A stretch of DNA of 45,262 nt from Actinomycetota bacterium (GTDB taxonomy: Bacteria; Actinomycetota; Thermoleophilia; Miltoncostaeales; Miltoncostaeaceae). The stretch covers positions 1 to 45,262 of the forward strand of contig SXQZ01000202.1 in NCBI GenBank assembly GCA_005792725.1, given 5' to 3'. Both the position numbers and the translations under genes were made by a program. Below the pieces are notes generated by a model, which made no database searches, had not been told where the DNA came from, and saw only the letters and a program-made list of their open reading frames with translations. Numbering within the stretch: the first letter of the stretch is position 1; each line of letters begins with the position of its first letter. This document shows, piece by piece, positions 17,757 through 26,604 of the stretch.

Positions 17757-18653
17757 CTAGAGGAACCCCAGGGGGTCACGCTCGGCCCCGTGGACCCGGA
17801 CCTCGAAGTGCAGGTGGCTGCCCGTCGAGTTGCCGGTGCTGCCCATCCGGCCGATCACCTGGCCGAGCGTGACCCGGTCGCCCTTCGCCACGGCGAACCG
17901 GCTGAGGTGCGCGTACCGGGTGGTCTGATCATTCCCATGCGCGATGACGATGAGGTTTCCGTATCCGTCCGCGCCACGCGCGCTGACCACGACCCCGGCG
18001 CGGGCCGCACGGATCGGGCGGCCGACGGGGCCGGCGATGTCCAGACCCTCGTGCATTCGGCCCCAGCGGGGGCCGAACGGCGAGCTCACCATGCCGTTGG
18101 CCGGCCAGATGAAACCGGCGGCGGAGGGGGTGGTGTCGTTGGGCTCGGGCACCGGGTACTCGTCGAATGACCCGTCGGCATCGCGTCCGCCGGCGCGACC
18201 CCCCGCATCCGCGACCGTCCGGACGCTCACGCCGAGCCGGCGGAGCACGGCCTGGTCGGCAATGCCGGTGGGTCGCACCCGCATCCGGCGCTGAAGAGCA
18301 CGCACGCCGGCACGCGTGCTCGCACCGAAGGTGCCATCCACGGGCACGCGGATGCCGTGTGCGCGCAGCGCCCGCTGGAGAGTCTTCACCAATGCCCCGT
18401 GGGCCCCCGGCCGCAGAACCTGGCCGGAACCGGTCGGGGTCGGGGGGGCCGGGGAGGGCGTCGGGGCCGGTGGTGGCGCGGGCACCGGTGCCGGGGGGTC
18501 CACGGACACGGGCACCGCCGCCGGCGGCGCCGTGGGGTCCGGCGCTGTCACCGGAGGGGGTGCCGGGGCCTGTTGCGCCAGCGCGGGCGCGGCGAACCCC
18601 GACGTGACGGCGCAGGCGGCACCGGCCAGGAGTGCGAGGTGGGTCCGGAGCAT
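17757..18653 (-). CDS. M23 family peptidoglycan endopeptidase with a PG-binding domain
   Basis: Signal peptide MLRTHLALLAGAACAVTSGFAAPALA, a Pro/Ala linker and a PG_binding_1-like segment (LVKTLQRALRAHGIRVPVDGTFGASTRAGVRALQ). The M23 core is HEGLDIAGPVG...GYGNLIVIAHG...GSTGNSTGSHLHFEV. The upstream part of the track ORF was discarded. Confidence 0.9.
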   Translation of the reverse strand: MLRTHLALLAGAACAVTSGFAAPALAQQAPAPPPVTAPDPTAPPAAVPVSVDPPAPVPAPPPAPTPSPAPPTPTGSGQVLRPGAHGALVKTLQRALRAHGIRVPVDGTFGASTRAGVRALQRRMRVRPTGIADQAVLRRLGVSVRTVADAGGRAGGRDADGSFDEYPVPEPNDTTPSAAGFIWPANGMVSSPFGPRWGRMHEGLDIAGPVGRPIRAARAGVVVSARGADGYGNLIVIAHGNDQTTRYAHLSRFAVAKGDRVTLGQVIGRMGSTGNSTGSHLHFEVRVHGAERDPLGFL

Positions 18654-18813
18654 TCCGTTGGTGACCCTACTGGACGGGATCGGGGCGGTTTCCATTCCGG
18701 ATCCTTGCACCGGCGCACCGCGGATCCTCGGGCGTTTCCGCTCCGGCGGGCGCGGCTGCAACGCAGATTGCCCCGGACTGCGCCACAATCGCATCGTGAG
18801 CGAGCCGCGCGTG

Positions 18814-19608
18814 ATGGTGGATGGACGCTTGGTCCCCGTGGGAGAGGTACCCCTCATCCCCCTGGATGACGCGATCGTTCGCGGGGACGGCGTGTTCGAG
18901 GGGCTGCGGCTGTACGGCCACCAGCCACGCACGCCGGAGGCCCACCTGGATCGCATGGAGCGGTCCGCCGGACTGATCCGGCTCCCGTTCGACCGCGACC
19001 GGACGCGGCGGGAGATCGGGGAGATCGCGGCCGTGACGTCGGCCCCGGAGTGCGGACTCCGGGTGATCCTGACGCGCGGGGGCCATCGCATCCTGCGTGA
19101 GGAGCCCCTGATTCCGGAGGCGCCGGACGGCTGGTCCGTGCGGCCCGTCGCCCACCGGATCACACCGTTGCTGGTGGCGTCCAAGACACTCTCCTACGCG
19201 GCGAACATGCAGGCGGCGCGCCTCGCAACCGAGGCCGGGGCGGATACGGCGCTCTTCGTGGAGGCCGGTACCCGCACGGTGCTCGAGTGCCCGGTCGCAT
19301 CCTTCGTGTGGGTCGAGGGCAATGATCTCGTGGCCCCGCCCCTCGGCACCGGGATCCTTGACTCCATCACCCGGCGGCTCGTCAGTGAGGTGGCCACCCT
19401 CCACATCCGCGAGCGCCGGGTCGCGGACCTCGCCGGGGCGGACGGCGCCCTCGTGATCTCCACGGTGCTCGAGAGCCGGATCGTGCGGGAGGTACAGGGG
19501 ATCGGCCGCTACGACGTAGCCGCCCGGCGGGTCAACGAGATCGCTCACGCCCTGCGCGAGGTATGCACCACAGGTGACCCCGACGGTGGCAGGACCGTGC
19601 CGGACTGA
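18814..19608 (+). CDS. Class IV (fold type IV) PLP aminotransferase: branched-chain/D-amino-acid aminotransferase or ADC-lyase family
   Basis: MVDGRLVPVGEVPLIPLDDAIVRGDGVFEGLRLY, then VASKTLSYAANMQAARLATEAGADTALFVE with the catalytic Lys context, then GILDSITR. An in-frame GTG at 18796 is an alternative start. Confidence 0.85.
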   Translation: MVDGRLVPVGEVPLIPLDDAIVRGDGVFEGLRLYGHQPRTPEAHLDRMERSAGLIRLPFDRDRTRREIGEIAAVTSAPECGLRVILTRGGHRILREEPLIPEAPDGWSVRPVAHRITPLLVASKTLSYAANMQAARLATEAGADTALFVEAGTRTVLECPVASFVWVEGNDLVAPPLGTGILDSITRRLVSEVATLHIRERRVADLAGADGALVISTVLESRIVREVQGIGRYDVAARRVNEIAHALREVCTTGDPDGGRTVPD

Positions 19609-19652
19609 CCATCCGTCTCGCATGACGCCGCGGCGCATGCGATGATGCCGGC

Positions 19653-20222
19653 ATGCCGGGATGGGGGATAGCGATCATCGTCATCGTCCTGGTGGTCCTC
19701 GTGATCATCTGGGGCGTCGCGCTGTACAACCGTCTGGTCCGCCTGCGCGTCGAGGTACAGCAGGGGTGGGCCAACATCGACGTGCAGTTGCGGCGTCGGT
19801 ATGACCTCATCCCGAATCTGGTCGAGACCGTCAAGGGCGATGCCACCCACGAGCGGGGCGTGGTCGAGGCGGTCACCGCGGCCCGCACCGTCGCCCTGGA
19901 CGCCAAGGGTCCCGCGGAGGCAGGTCAGGCCAACAGCCTCCTCGGCCGTGCCCTGGGCGGCCTGTTCGCCGTGGCGGAGAACTACCCCGACCTCAAGGCG
20001 TCGTCGAACTTCCTGCAGTTGCAGACGGAACTCGCGAACGTCGAGGAGATGCTTGCGGCGGCCCGCCGGTACTACAACTCGACCGTGGGGAAGTACAACG
20101 CCACGCAGCACACCGTGCCGTCGAACGTCGTCGCCACGTTCGGCACTTTCTCGGATGCGGAGTTCTTCGAGGAGGAGGACGCGGCCGTCCGGTCGGCACC
20201 GCAGGTCTCCTTCGACCGGTAG
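19653..20222 (+). CDS. lemA: LemA family protein
   Basis: N-terminal TM helix, then YNRLVRLRVEVQQGWANIDVQLRRRYDLIPNLVETVKG and ENYPDLKASSNFLQLQTEL, the canonical LemA blocks. Confidence 0.9.
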   Translation: MPGWGIAIIVIVLVVLVIIWGVALYNRLVRLRVEVQQGWANIDVQLRRRYDLIPNLVETVKGDATHERGVVEAVTAARTVALDAKGPAEAGQANSLLGRALGGLFAVAENYPDLKASSNFLQLQTELANVEEMLAAARRYYNSTVGKYNATQHTVPSNVVATFGTFSDAEFFEEEDAAVRSAPQVSFDR

Positions 20223-21155
20223 GTGACCCTCCAGCAGCAGATCCGCGCGAACCGCTGGCGGACCGCCCTGCTGCTCCTGCTGTTCGGCGTGCTCATCGCA
20301 ATCGTGCTCGGCGCCGTGTACTTCGCGGTGGACCTCTCGCTGCTGGTCGTCATCGGGATCGCCCTGATCGCCTACGGGGTGATCATGTGGTTCGCGTCGG
20401 CATCGGTGGTTGCGTCCCTGGCCGGCGCGCATCCCATCACCCGCGACCAGCACCCCGAGCTGTGGCAGGCGGTCGAGGCCGCGGCGGTGGGGGCGGGCCT
20501 CGCCCGCACACCGGCCGTGTACATCATCGAGGATCCGGCCCCCAACGCCTTTGCCGCGGGCCGGAACCCGGAGCACGCCTACGTGGCCGCCACCACCGGG
20601 CTGGTGGACCTCATGGGGGCGCGGGAACTTCGCGCGGTGATGGCCCATGAGATCGCGCATGTGCGCAATCGCGACGTGCGCCTCATGGCCTTGACTGCGG
20701 TGCTGGCCGGCGCTCTGCTGATCCTGTCGGACATCCTCCTGCGCGTCTTCATCTTCGGCGGCGGGCGGAACAACAGCAACAACCCGTTCGCGCTCATCGG
20801 CGTCCTCGTCGCCCTGGTCCTGGCGCCCATCGGCGCGGTCATGATCCAGATGGCGCTCTCACGGCGGCGCGAGTTCCTCGCCGACGCCTCGGCCGCCGAG
20901 ATCACCGGCGATCCCGAGGGCATGGCCCGCGCGCTCGCGGTGCTCCAGGCCGACACCCGGCAGGTGGGGCACGTCGGCCGCGCAACGGCGCACCTGTACA
21001 TCGAGTCGCCGCTCGTGAAGGGCCGCGGGCTGCTGGGCAGCCTCGGTGGCATGTTCCAGACGCATCCCCGTCTGGATGACCGCATCGCGGCCCTGGAGGA
21101 GGCGGGGGGCTTCCGTCTGGATCGCGGGTTCCTGAACGCCGTACCCGTGCAGTAG
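20223..21155 (+). CDS. htpX: M48 zinc protease HtpX homolog
   Basis: HEIAHVRNRD (HExxH) and EFLADASAAEITGDP lie between TM helices. The GTG at 20223 immediately follows the lemA stop, giving the conserved lemA-htpX pair. Confidence 0.9.
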   Translation: MTLQQQIRANRWRTALLLLLFGVLIAIVLGAVYFAVDLSLLVVIGIALIAYGVIMWFASASVVASLAGAHPITRDQHPELWQAVEAAAVGAGLARTPAVYIIEDPAPNAFAAGRNPEHAYVAATTGLVDLMGARELRAVMAHEIAHVRNRDVRLMALTAVLAGALLILSDILLRVFIFGGGRNNSNNPFALIGVLVALVLAPIGAVMIQMALSRRREFLADASAAEITGDPEGMARALAVLQADTRQVGHVGRATAHLYIESPLVKGRGLLGSLGGMFQTHPRLDDRIAALEEAGGFRLDRGFLNAVPVQ

Positions 21156-21305
21156 GTGATTCCCCCGATGTGCATAACAGTGATTTCCGCGCGGTAGGGG
21201 ACCGGCGCGGCCGGATGGGATGCGCGGCGGGCGCCGGGTGCGCCCGGAGGCGCCGCGCTCCGGGCGGTCCGGCGGGCCCGGGCATCAGCGATCAGGGCCC
21301 GGGGC

Positions 21306-21716
21306 TCAGGGCCCGTGCCGGCGTGCGTCGTCCAGACGCCTGCGGTCGCGTTTGGTGGGCCGCGCGCCCAGGTCGGCGCCCGGCGGCGCCGGCGCCATCC
21401 GTCGCATGAGCCGGTCCCGCTCGCGCTCGCGCACGCTCTCCGGCGTCTCCGCGTAGAGCCCCTGGGCCTCCGGGGCCGGCCCCCGGCGGTCGGACAACGC
21501 CTGAACCGTGACGGCCATCGGGGCGGCGCCGGGGCGCGTGATGGTGATCGCATCACCGATACGGACGTCCCGGGAGGGCTTCGTCCGCTGGTCGTTCAGG
21601 TGGACACGCCCGCCGTTCACGGCCTCGCTGGCGAGCGCCCGGGTCTTGAAGAACCGCGCCGCCCACAACCACTTGTCGAGGCGCACGCGTTGCCCGTCAT
21701 CCGGCATGGCGGGCAT
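21306..21716 (-). CDS. hslR: S4-domain RNA-binding heat-shock protein Hsp15
   Basis: RLDKWLWAARFFKTRALASEAVNGGRVHLNDQRTKPSRDVRIGDAITI is the Hsp15 S4 motif, followed by a basic C-terminal tail. Confidence 0.85.
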   Translation of the reverse strand: MPAMPDDGQRVRLDKWLWAARFFKTRALASEAVNGGRVHLNDQRTKPSRDVRIGDAITITRPGAAPMAVTVQALSDRRGPAPEAQGLYAETPESVRERERDRLMRRMAPAPPGADLGARPTKRDRRRLDDARRHGP

Positions 21717-21761
21717 TGTCGCACCGCGGCACGGCGGGGCGACCTCTGCAACAATCGCAGC

Positions 21762-21959
21762 ATGGCCATGAGCGCTCTGTCGTGCCTCTGGGACGACCCC
21801 GATCGGTGCCCGCAGGTGCGCGTGGATGGCTTCACCGGGCGCCGGTACTGCCGCCTGTGCGGGCCGGAGAGCGCCGAGGCCGCGGAAGCCCGCCTGCGCG
21901 CCGAGGCGGCCGCCGCGGACCCGGTGTCGCCCGCTCCGGTCCCCGGGAGCCCCGAGTAG
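21762..21959 (+). CDS. Possible small Cys4 zinc-ribbon protein (65 aa)
   Basis: MAMSALSCLWDDPDRCPQVRVDGFTGRRYCRLCGPESAEAAEARLR... has a C-x8-C ... C-x2-C arrangement followed by an Ala/Glu helix. It is divergent from hslR. No homology evidence is available here. Confidence 0.35.
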   Translation: MAMSALSCLWDDPDRCPQVRVDGFTGRRYCRLCGPESAEAAEARLRAEAAAADPVSPAPVPGSPE

Positions 21960-22058
21960 AGCCCCCGGGGACCCGGTCCCCGCAAACCCTTACATGATCA
22001 ACGCTAATAGCGGCGATTTCGTCGCACGCGGAACATTGACACACGCCACCCGGACGGG

Positions 22059-22538
22059 TTGAGTGCCCTGTTGGGCCGCATACACCAACTCACCGAGGGC
22101 AGCGCCATTTACCGGTACTCACGCGCGATCTACAGGGATCTGCAACCACACCTCCTGCAGCAGCAGCTCCGCCCCGAGCTCGGGCAGCGACTGCTGCTCG
22201 CGGCATGCGAGCGCACGGTCGAGCGCCTCGCGCGTGACCACCGTCGGTTCGCCCGCCCCGGCGCCGCGCTGTTCGCGGATGTTCGATCGCTGTTCCCCGT
22301 ATCGCGTCAGCTGTTCGTGTACGACATCATCGAGGCCCACATGGCCGGTGCCCTCGAGTACCTCGATGAGGAGATTGCCGAGCGCGGGTCCGCCGACCTG
22401 CTGCGGTGCCGGGCCGCCAACCGCAAGGGGAAGGCGTGCCAGCGGGTTCCGGTCACGGGATCGGACTACTGCCCGTCGCACCGCTACCTGGAGCGGCTTC
22501 AGGAGCAGCGCCAGGACAGCGACGTCTTCGCCGCCTAG
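22059..22538 (+). CDS. Hypothetical protein with a C-terminal Cys3His motif
   Basis: Protein-like helical sequence ending in CRAANRKGKACQRVPVTGSDYCPSH (C-x9-C-x11-C-x2-H). The first in-frame start is TTG at 22059, so the start is uncertain. Confidence 0.5.
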   Translation: MSALLGRIHQLTEGSAIYRYSRAIYRDLQPHLLQQQLRPELGQRLLLAACERTVERLARDHRRFARPGAALFADVRSLFPVSRQLFVYDIIEAHMAGALEYLDEEIAERGSADLLRCRAANRKGKACQRVPVTGSDYCPSHRYLERLQEQRQDSDVFAA

Positions 22539-22574
22539 TCCCACCCCGGCCGCCGGGGGGTCCCGGGGCCTCCG

Positions 22575-23546
22575 ATGAGCGGATTCCGCCGCGTGCCGTT
22601 CCCGGACGAGACCGACGCCTCGGGCCGGTTTGTTCGGCAGGTCTCCGCGTTCCGGGGCGTCATCGGCGGGGACGGTGCCCGACCCCCCGCGGACGGCCGG
22701 TATCACCTGTACGTGTCGCTCGCGTGCCCGTGGGCGCACCGGGTTGTGATCGCGCGGGTGCTCAAGGGTCTGGAGTCCGTGGTCGGGATGACCGTGGTGG
22801 ACCCGGTGCGCGATGATCGCGGCTGGGCCTTCCGGTCCGGGCGCGGCCATTCGGAGGACCCGGTCAACGGGTTCGCATATCTGGCGGAGGCCTACACGCG
22901 CACCGACCCCGCCTGGACGGGGCGCCCCACCGTGCCGGTCCTATGGGATCGGGTCACCGGGACCATCGTCAACAACGAGTCGCAGGACATCCTGCGCCTG
23001 CTGGACGGCGCATTCGGGGACCTGGCCCGCCCCGTGCCCCGGCTCCGCCCGCCCGACCTCGCGGACGCGATCGATGCGGTCAATGCGTTCGTGTATCCGA
23101 TGATCAACGACGGCGTCTATCGCGCAGGGTTCGCCGCCACCCGGGCTGCCCATGACGCCGCGGTCGCCGGTCTGGCCGAGGGGCTCTCCCGGGCCGGGCG
23201 GATCCTCGGTGAGTCACGGTGGCTGGCGGGCAACCGGTTCACCGAGGCCGACATCCGGTTGTTCACCACGCTGGTGCGGTTCGATCCGGTCTACCGCACG
23301 CACTTCCGGTGCGACGCCCACCGGATCGCCGACTCGCCCGAGCTGCGGGGATTCATGCGGGATGTCGCCCAGATCCCGGGCGTGATGTCCACCATCGACA
23401 TGGACCACATCAAGCGTCACTACTACCTCACCCACCCTGCGCTCAACCCCGGCGGCGGCGTCCCGGTGGACGACGGGCCGGACCTGTCCGTGCCCCATGG
23501 GCGGGCCGGGCTCGGCCCCTCCCCTATCCCCGGCTCGTGCGCCTAG
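22575..23546 (+). CDS. Glutathionyl-hydroquinone reductase (Xi-class GST, YqjG/ECM4 family)
   Basis: GRFVRQVSAFRGVI...GRYHLYVSLACPWAHRVVIARVLKGLE carries the CPWA active site. It also has PVLWD, NNES and RHYY blocks characteristic of GS-HQRs. Confidence 0.9.
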   Translation: MSGFRRVPFPDETDASGRFVRQVSAFRGVIGGDGARPPADGRYHLYVSLACPWAHRVVIARVLKGLESVVGMTVVDPVRDDRGWAFRSGRGHSEDPVNGFAYLAEAYTRTDPAWTGRPTVPVLWDRVTGTIVNNESQDILRLLDGAFGDLARPVPRLRPPDLADAIDAVNAFVYPMINDGVYRAGFAATRAAHDAAVAGLAEGLSRAGRILGESRWLAGNRFTEADIRLFTTLVRFDPVYRTHFRCDAHRIADSPELRGFMRDVAQIPGVMSTIDMDHIKRHYYLTHPALNPGGGVPVDDGPDLSVPHGRAGLGPSPIPGSCA

Positions 23547-23920
23547 TCCGGCGGCTTCGAGGACAGGGCAGCGAGGATCCTTTCGGCGCGCGCCGACTGG
23601 TCATCCCACCAACGGGCCCGGTCGGGCGGTGCATCGTCGGTGTGGCGTGCGGCTTCCTCGATGACACGCCGGGCGGCCTCACGAAGGGCGCCGCGCAGTT
23701 CGGCCCCCGGCCAGGCGACCCCGGGCTCGCCCGGCGCCCCGAGACCCTCCACCGCGTCCCCGAGACAGGCGATGCCGAGCGCGTCCTCGATCGCCGAGGT
23801 GCGCGACAGCTGCCCGGCTGCGCACCACAGCGCCATGGCGACCGTCGCACGGGCGTCGTCGAGGAGGGTCGGGTCCAGGTCGAGCATGGGGTGGTCCAGC
23901 ATGGGGTCGTCATCGTGCAT
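23543..23920 (-). CDS. Hypothetical acidic protein (125 aa)
   Basis: The ORF converges on the GST gene with a 4-nt overlap. The N-terminus contains a 15-nt imperfect tandem duplication (PMLDH/PMLDL). No family recognised. Confidence 0.45.
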   Translation of the reverse strand: MHDDDPMLDHPMLDLDPTLLDDARATVAMALWCAAGQLSRTSAIEDALGIACLGDAVEGLGAPGEPGVAWPGAELRGALREAARRVIEEAARHTDDAPPDRARWWDDQSARAERILAALSSKPPD

Positions 23921-23982
23921 CGGCCGAAATCTATGCAGGGATCCACCCGATGAGGGGCGACATCGGTAAGGTGCCCGCGGTC

Positions 23983-24972
23983 ATGGGCTGCTCCACCACC
24001 TCCCCCGCCGTTGAGGCGGTGGGCATCATGAAGGCCTTCGGGAAGACCGTGGCATTGCGCGGAGTGGACCTGAGCGTTCCGCGCGGCAGCGTCTATGGCC
24101 TGTTGGGGCCCAATGGCGCCGGCAAGAGCACGACGGTGCGGATCCTCGCCACCCTGGTGCGTGCCGACGCCGGCACGGCGCTCGTGGATGGCCTTGATGT
24201 CGCCCGTGAAGCGGCCGCGGTGCGCGAGCGCATCGGGCTGGCCGGCCAGTTCGCCGCCGTGGATGAGTACCTGACCGGACGCGAGAACCTCGTGATGTTC
24301 GGACGGCTCTCCGGCCTTTCGACCCGCGCCGCCCGCGCCCGTGCGGAGGAGCTGCTCGACCGTTTCGACCTCACGGACGCCGCGGACCGTCCGTCGAAGG
24401 GATACTCCGGCGGAATGCGCCGCCGCCTCGACCTGGCGGCGAGCCTCACGGCCAATCCGCCCATCCTGTTCCTGGACGAACCCACCACGGGGCTGGACCC
24501 CCGCAGCCGCCTCACCATGTGGGGGGTCATCCAGGAGCTGGCCGCCGATGGGACCACGGTGCTGCTGACGACCCAGTACCTCGAGGAGGCCGATCGCTTG
24601 GCCGGGCGGGTGGCCGTGATCGACCACGGGGTGGTGATTGCCGAGGGGACACCCGCGGCGCTGAAGTCCCGTGTGGGGGGCGAGGCCCTCGAGGTCGCCG
24701 TTGTCGACCCCGCCGATCTCCCACGTGCGCGCGCGATCGTCGCGGCCGTCGCAACCGACGAGGTGTTCGTCGAGGCGGACCGGCGGCGGGTGCGGGCGGC
24801 GGTGTCGGACGGCCCGATCGCCCTGTCCCGGGTGGCCGCCGAGGTCGCGGCGCAGGGAATCCCCACGGAGGCCCTCGGCCTGCACCGCCCCACCCTCGAC
24901 GAGGTGTTCCTGGCCCTCACCGGGCACACCGCCGAGGATCCGGGCGACATCGGTACGGACGGCCCGGCATGA
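23983..24972 (+). CDS. ABC transporter ATP-binding protein (DrrA/daunorubicin-resistance-like)
   Basis: Walker A GPNGAGKST, signature YSGGMRRRL, Walker B LFLDEPTTGLD, and a DrrA-type C-terminal domain. Alternative starts are GTG at 23971 or the track start at 23950. Confidence 0.9.
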   Translation: MGCSTTSPAVEAVGIMKAFGKTVALRGVDLSVPRGSVYGLLGPNGAGKSTTVRILATLVRADAGTALVDGLDVAREAAAVRERIGLAGQFAAVDEYLTGRENLVMFGRLSGLSTRAARARAEELLDRFDLTDAADRPSKGYSGGMRRRLDLAASLTANPPILFLDEPTTGLDPRSRLTMWGVIQELAADGTTVLLTTQYLEEADRLAGRVAVIDHGVVIAEGTPAALKSRVGGEALEVAVVDPADLPRARAIVAAVATDEVFVEADRRRVRAAVSDGPIALSRVAAEVAAQGIPTEALGLHRPTLDEVFLALTGHTAEDPGDIGTDGPA

Positions 24973-25736
24973 GCCCGGTGCACGCCCTGCGCGACTCGGG
25001 GATCATCCTCTGGCGGCAGTTGGTGCAGCTGCCACGCATCCCCGAGGTGCTGGTCTTCTCGCTGATCCAGCCGGTGATGTTCGTGCTGCTCTTCCGGTAC
25101 GTATTCGGGGGCGCGATCGCCACGCCCGGCGAGACCTACGTCAACTTCCTCATGCCGGGGATCTTCGCCCAGACCGTGGCGTTCGGCGCCGTGGGCAGCG
25201 GAATCGGACTTGCTGAGGACCTGCGGCGGGGGATCATCGACCGTTTCCGCTCTCTGCCCATGGCCCGCTCCGCCGTACTGATCGGGCGGACGGTGTCCGA
25301 CTTGATCCGCAACTCCGTGGTTGTGGGTGTCATGTATGCGGTCGGCCTGATGGTGGGCTTCCGGCCGGCCGGGTCAGTCGGGGCGCAGGTGGTGGCCTTC
25401 GCCCTGCTGCTCCTCACCTCGTTCGCCTTCTCCTGGATCGGCGTGGTCGTGGCGCTCAGCATGAAGACCGTGGAGGCCGTCCAGTCGGCGGGGTTCATCT
25501 GGCTGTTCCCGCTGACGTTCGCGAGTTCCGCGTTCGTGCCCACGGACACCATGCCCACCTGGCTGCAGGTGTTCGCGGAGAACCAGCCGTTCACGGTCGT
25601 CGTCAATGCGGTGCGCGACCTCTTCCTCGCGCAGCCCGCAGGTCACGATGTACTGCTGTCGATCATCTGGATGGTCGGGATCATCGCCGTGATGATCCCC
25701 CTGGCCACGCGCCTCTACCGCAGGCGCAACAGCTAG
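24969..25736 (+). CDS. ABC-2 type transporter permease (DrrB-like)
   Basis: The ATG at 24969 overlaps the ATPase stop (ATGA). Six predicted TM helices, with ABC-2-like LIQPVMFVLLFRYVFGG. The upstream part of the track ORF (24519-24968) overlaps the ATPase and is Arg/Gly-rich. Confidence 0.85.
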   Translation: MSPVHALRDSGIILWRQLVQLPRIPEVLVFSLIQPVMFVLLFRYVFGGAIATPGETYVNFLMPGIFAQTVAFGAVGSGIGLAEDLRRGIIDRFRSLPMARSAVLIGRTVSDLIRNSVVVGVMYAVGLMVGFRPAGSVGAQVVAFALLLLTSFAFSWIGVVVALSMKTVEAVQSAGFIWLFPLTFASSAFVPTDTMPTWLQVFAENQPFTVVVNAVRDLFLAQPAGHDVLLSIIWMVGIIAVMIPLATRLYRRRNS

Positions 25737-26575
25737 CGACCCGGGGCGCCCGGCTTCGCCACGAGCGCCTCCAGCTCGTCGATCCGCGCACGGAGGTCCC
25801 GTATCAGCACAGAGGGGTCAGCGCCGTCCGCCGGGGCCGCGACCACGGCGTCCGAACCCGCGGGGCCCCCGCCCGCCTGTGATGCGCCGGGGGCCAGGAA
25901 CGTGGATGCCACCCACGCCGTGAAGATCGAGATGAGCGACACCCCGGAGAAGATCATGACGGTGGCGACGACCTGCCCGCCGGCGGTCACCGGGAAGAAG
26001 TCCCCATACCCGACCGTGGTGATGGTGATGACCCCCCACCACAGCGCCTCGCCGCCGGTCTCGATGTTCGCCCCCGGGGCACCGGCCTCGAAGTACAGCA
26101 CGAGGAGGCCGCCTGCCTCCAGCACGATGATGAGCATCGCGAGGACCAGGAAGAGGATGCCCTGGGCGCGGTTCGCGAAGAACCACTTCACCGTGTCGCG
26201 CCAGCCGAACTCCTGGAATCCGCGGACCACCCGGACGAGGCGGAACAGCCTCAGCACGCGCCCGTAGGGCAGGCTGCCGATCAGGTCGAGCCACCCCCCC
26301 TCGTGGAGCATGTACTGCCGGCGCGCGCCACGGGCACGCCGCAGGCGCATCCCGAAGTCCAGCAGCAGGATGACCGTGAGGATCGGCTCCATGAAGATCA
26401 GGAGTTCGCGCGCGTCACCACCGAGGTCCAGCGGGAGGATCATGAAGATCCAGTTGATGACCGAGACCACCGTGACGACGATGATGAAGACGTCATACCC
26501 GGGCGCGATGCTGCCGCGTATCCGCAGGTCGCGCGCGAAGGCGGTGGGCGGGGTGTACGGGGCCACGCAGGGCAC
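25733..26575 (-). CDS. Potassium channel protein (voltage-gated-like ion transport family)
   Basis: The K+ selectivity filter TTVGYGDF is preceded by a pore helix (ALWWGVITI). An S4-like segment LRLFRLVRVVRGF is also present. Confidence 0.85.
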   Translation of the reverse strand: MPCVAPYTPPTAFARDLRIRGSIAPGYDVFIIVVTVVSVINWIFMILPLDLGGDARELLIFMEPILTVILLLDFGMRLRRARGARRQYMLHEGGWLDLIGSLPYGRVLRLFRLVRVVRGFQEFGWRDTVKWFFANRAQGILFLVLAMLIIVLEAGGLLVLYFEAGAPGANIETGGEALWWGVITITTVGYGDFFPVTAGGQVVATVMIFSGVSLISIFTAWVASTFLAPGASQAGGGPAGSDAVVAAPADGADPSVLIRDLRARIDELEALVAKPGAPGR

Positions 26576-26604
26576 TTCGCCCGTTGCCGGGGATGTCCTT
26601 GTGG

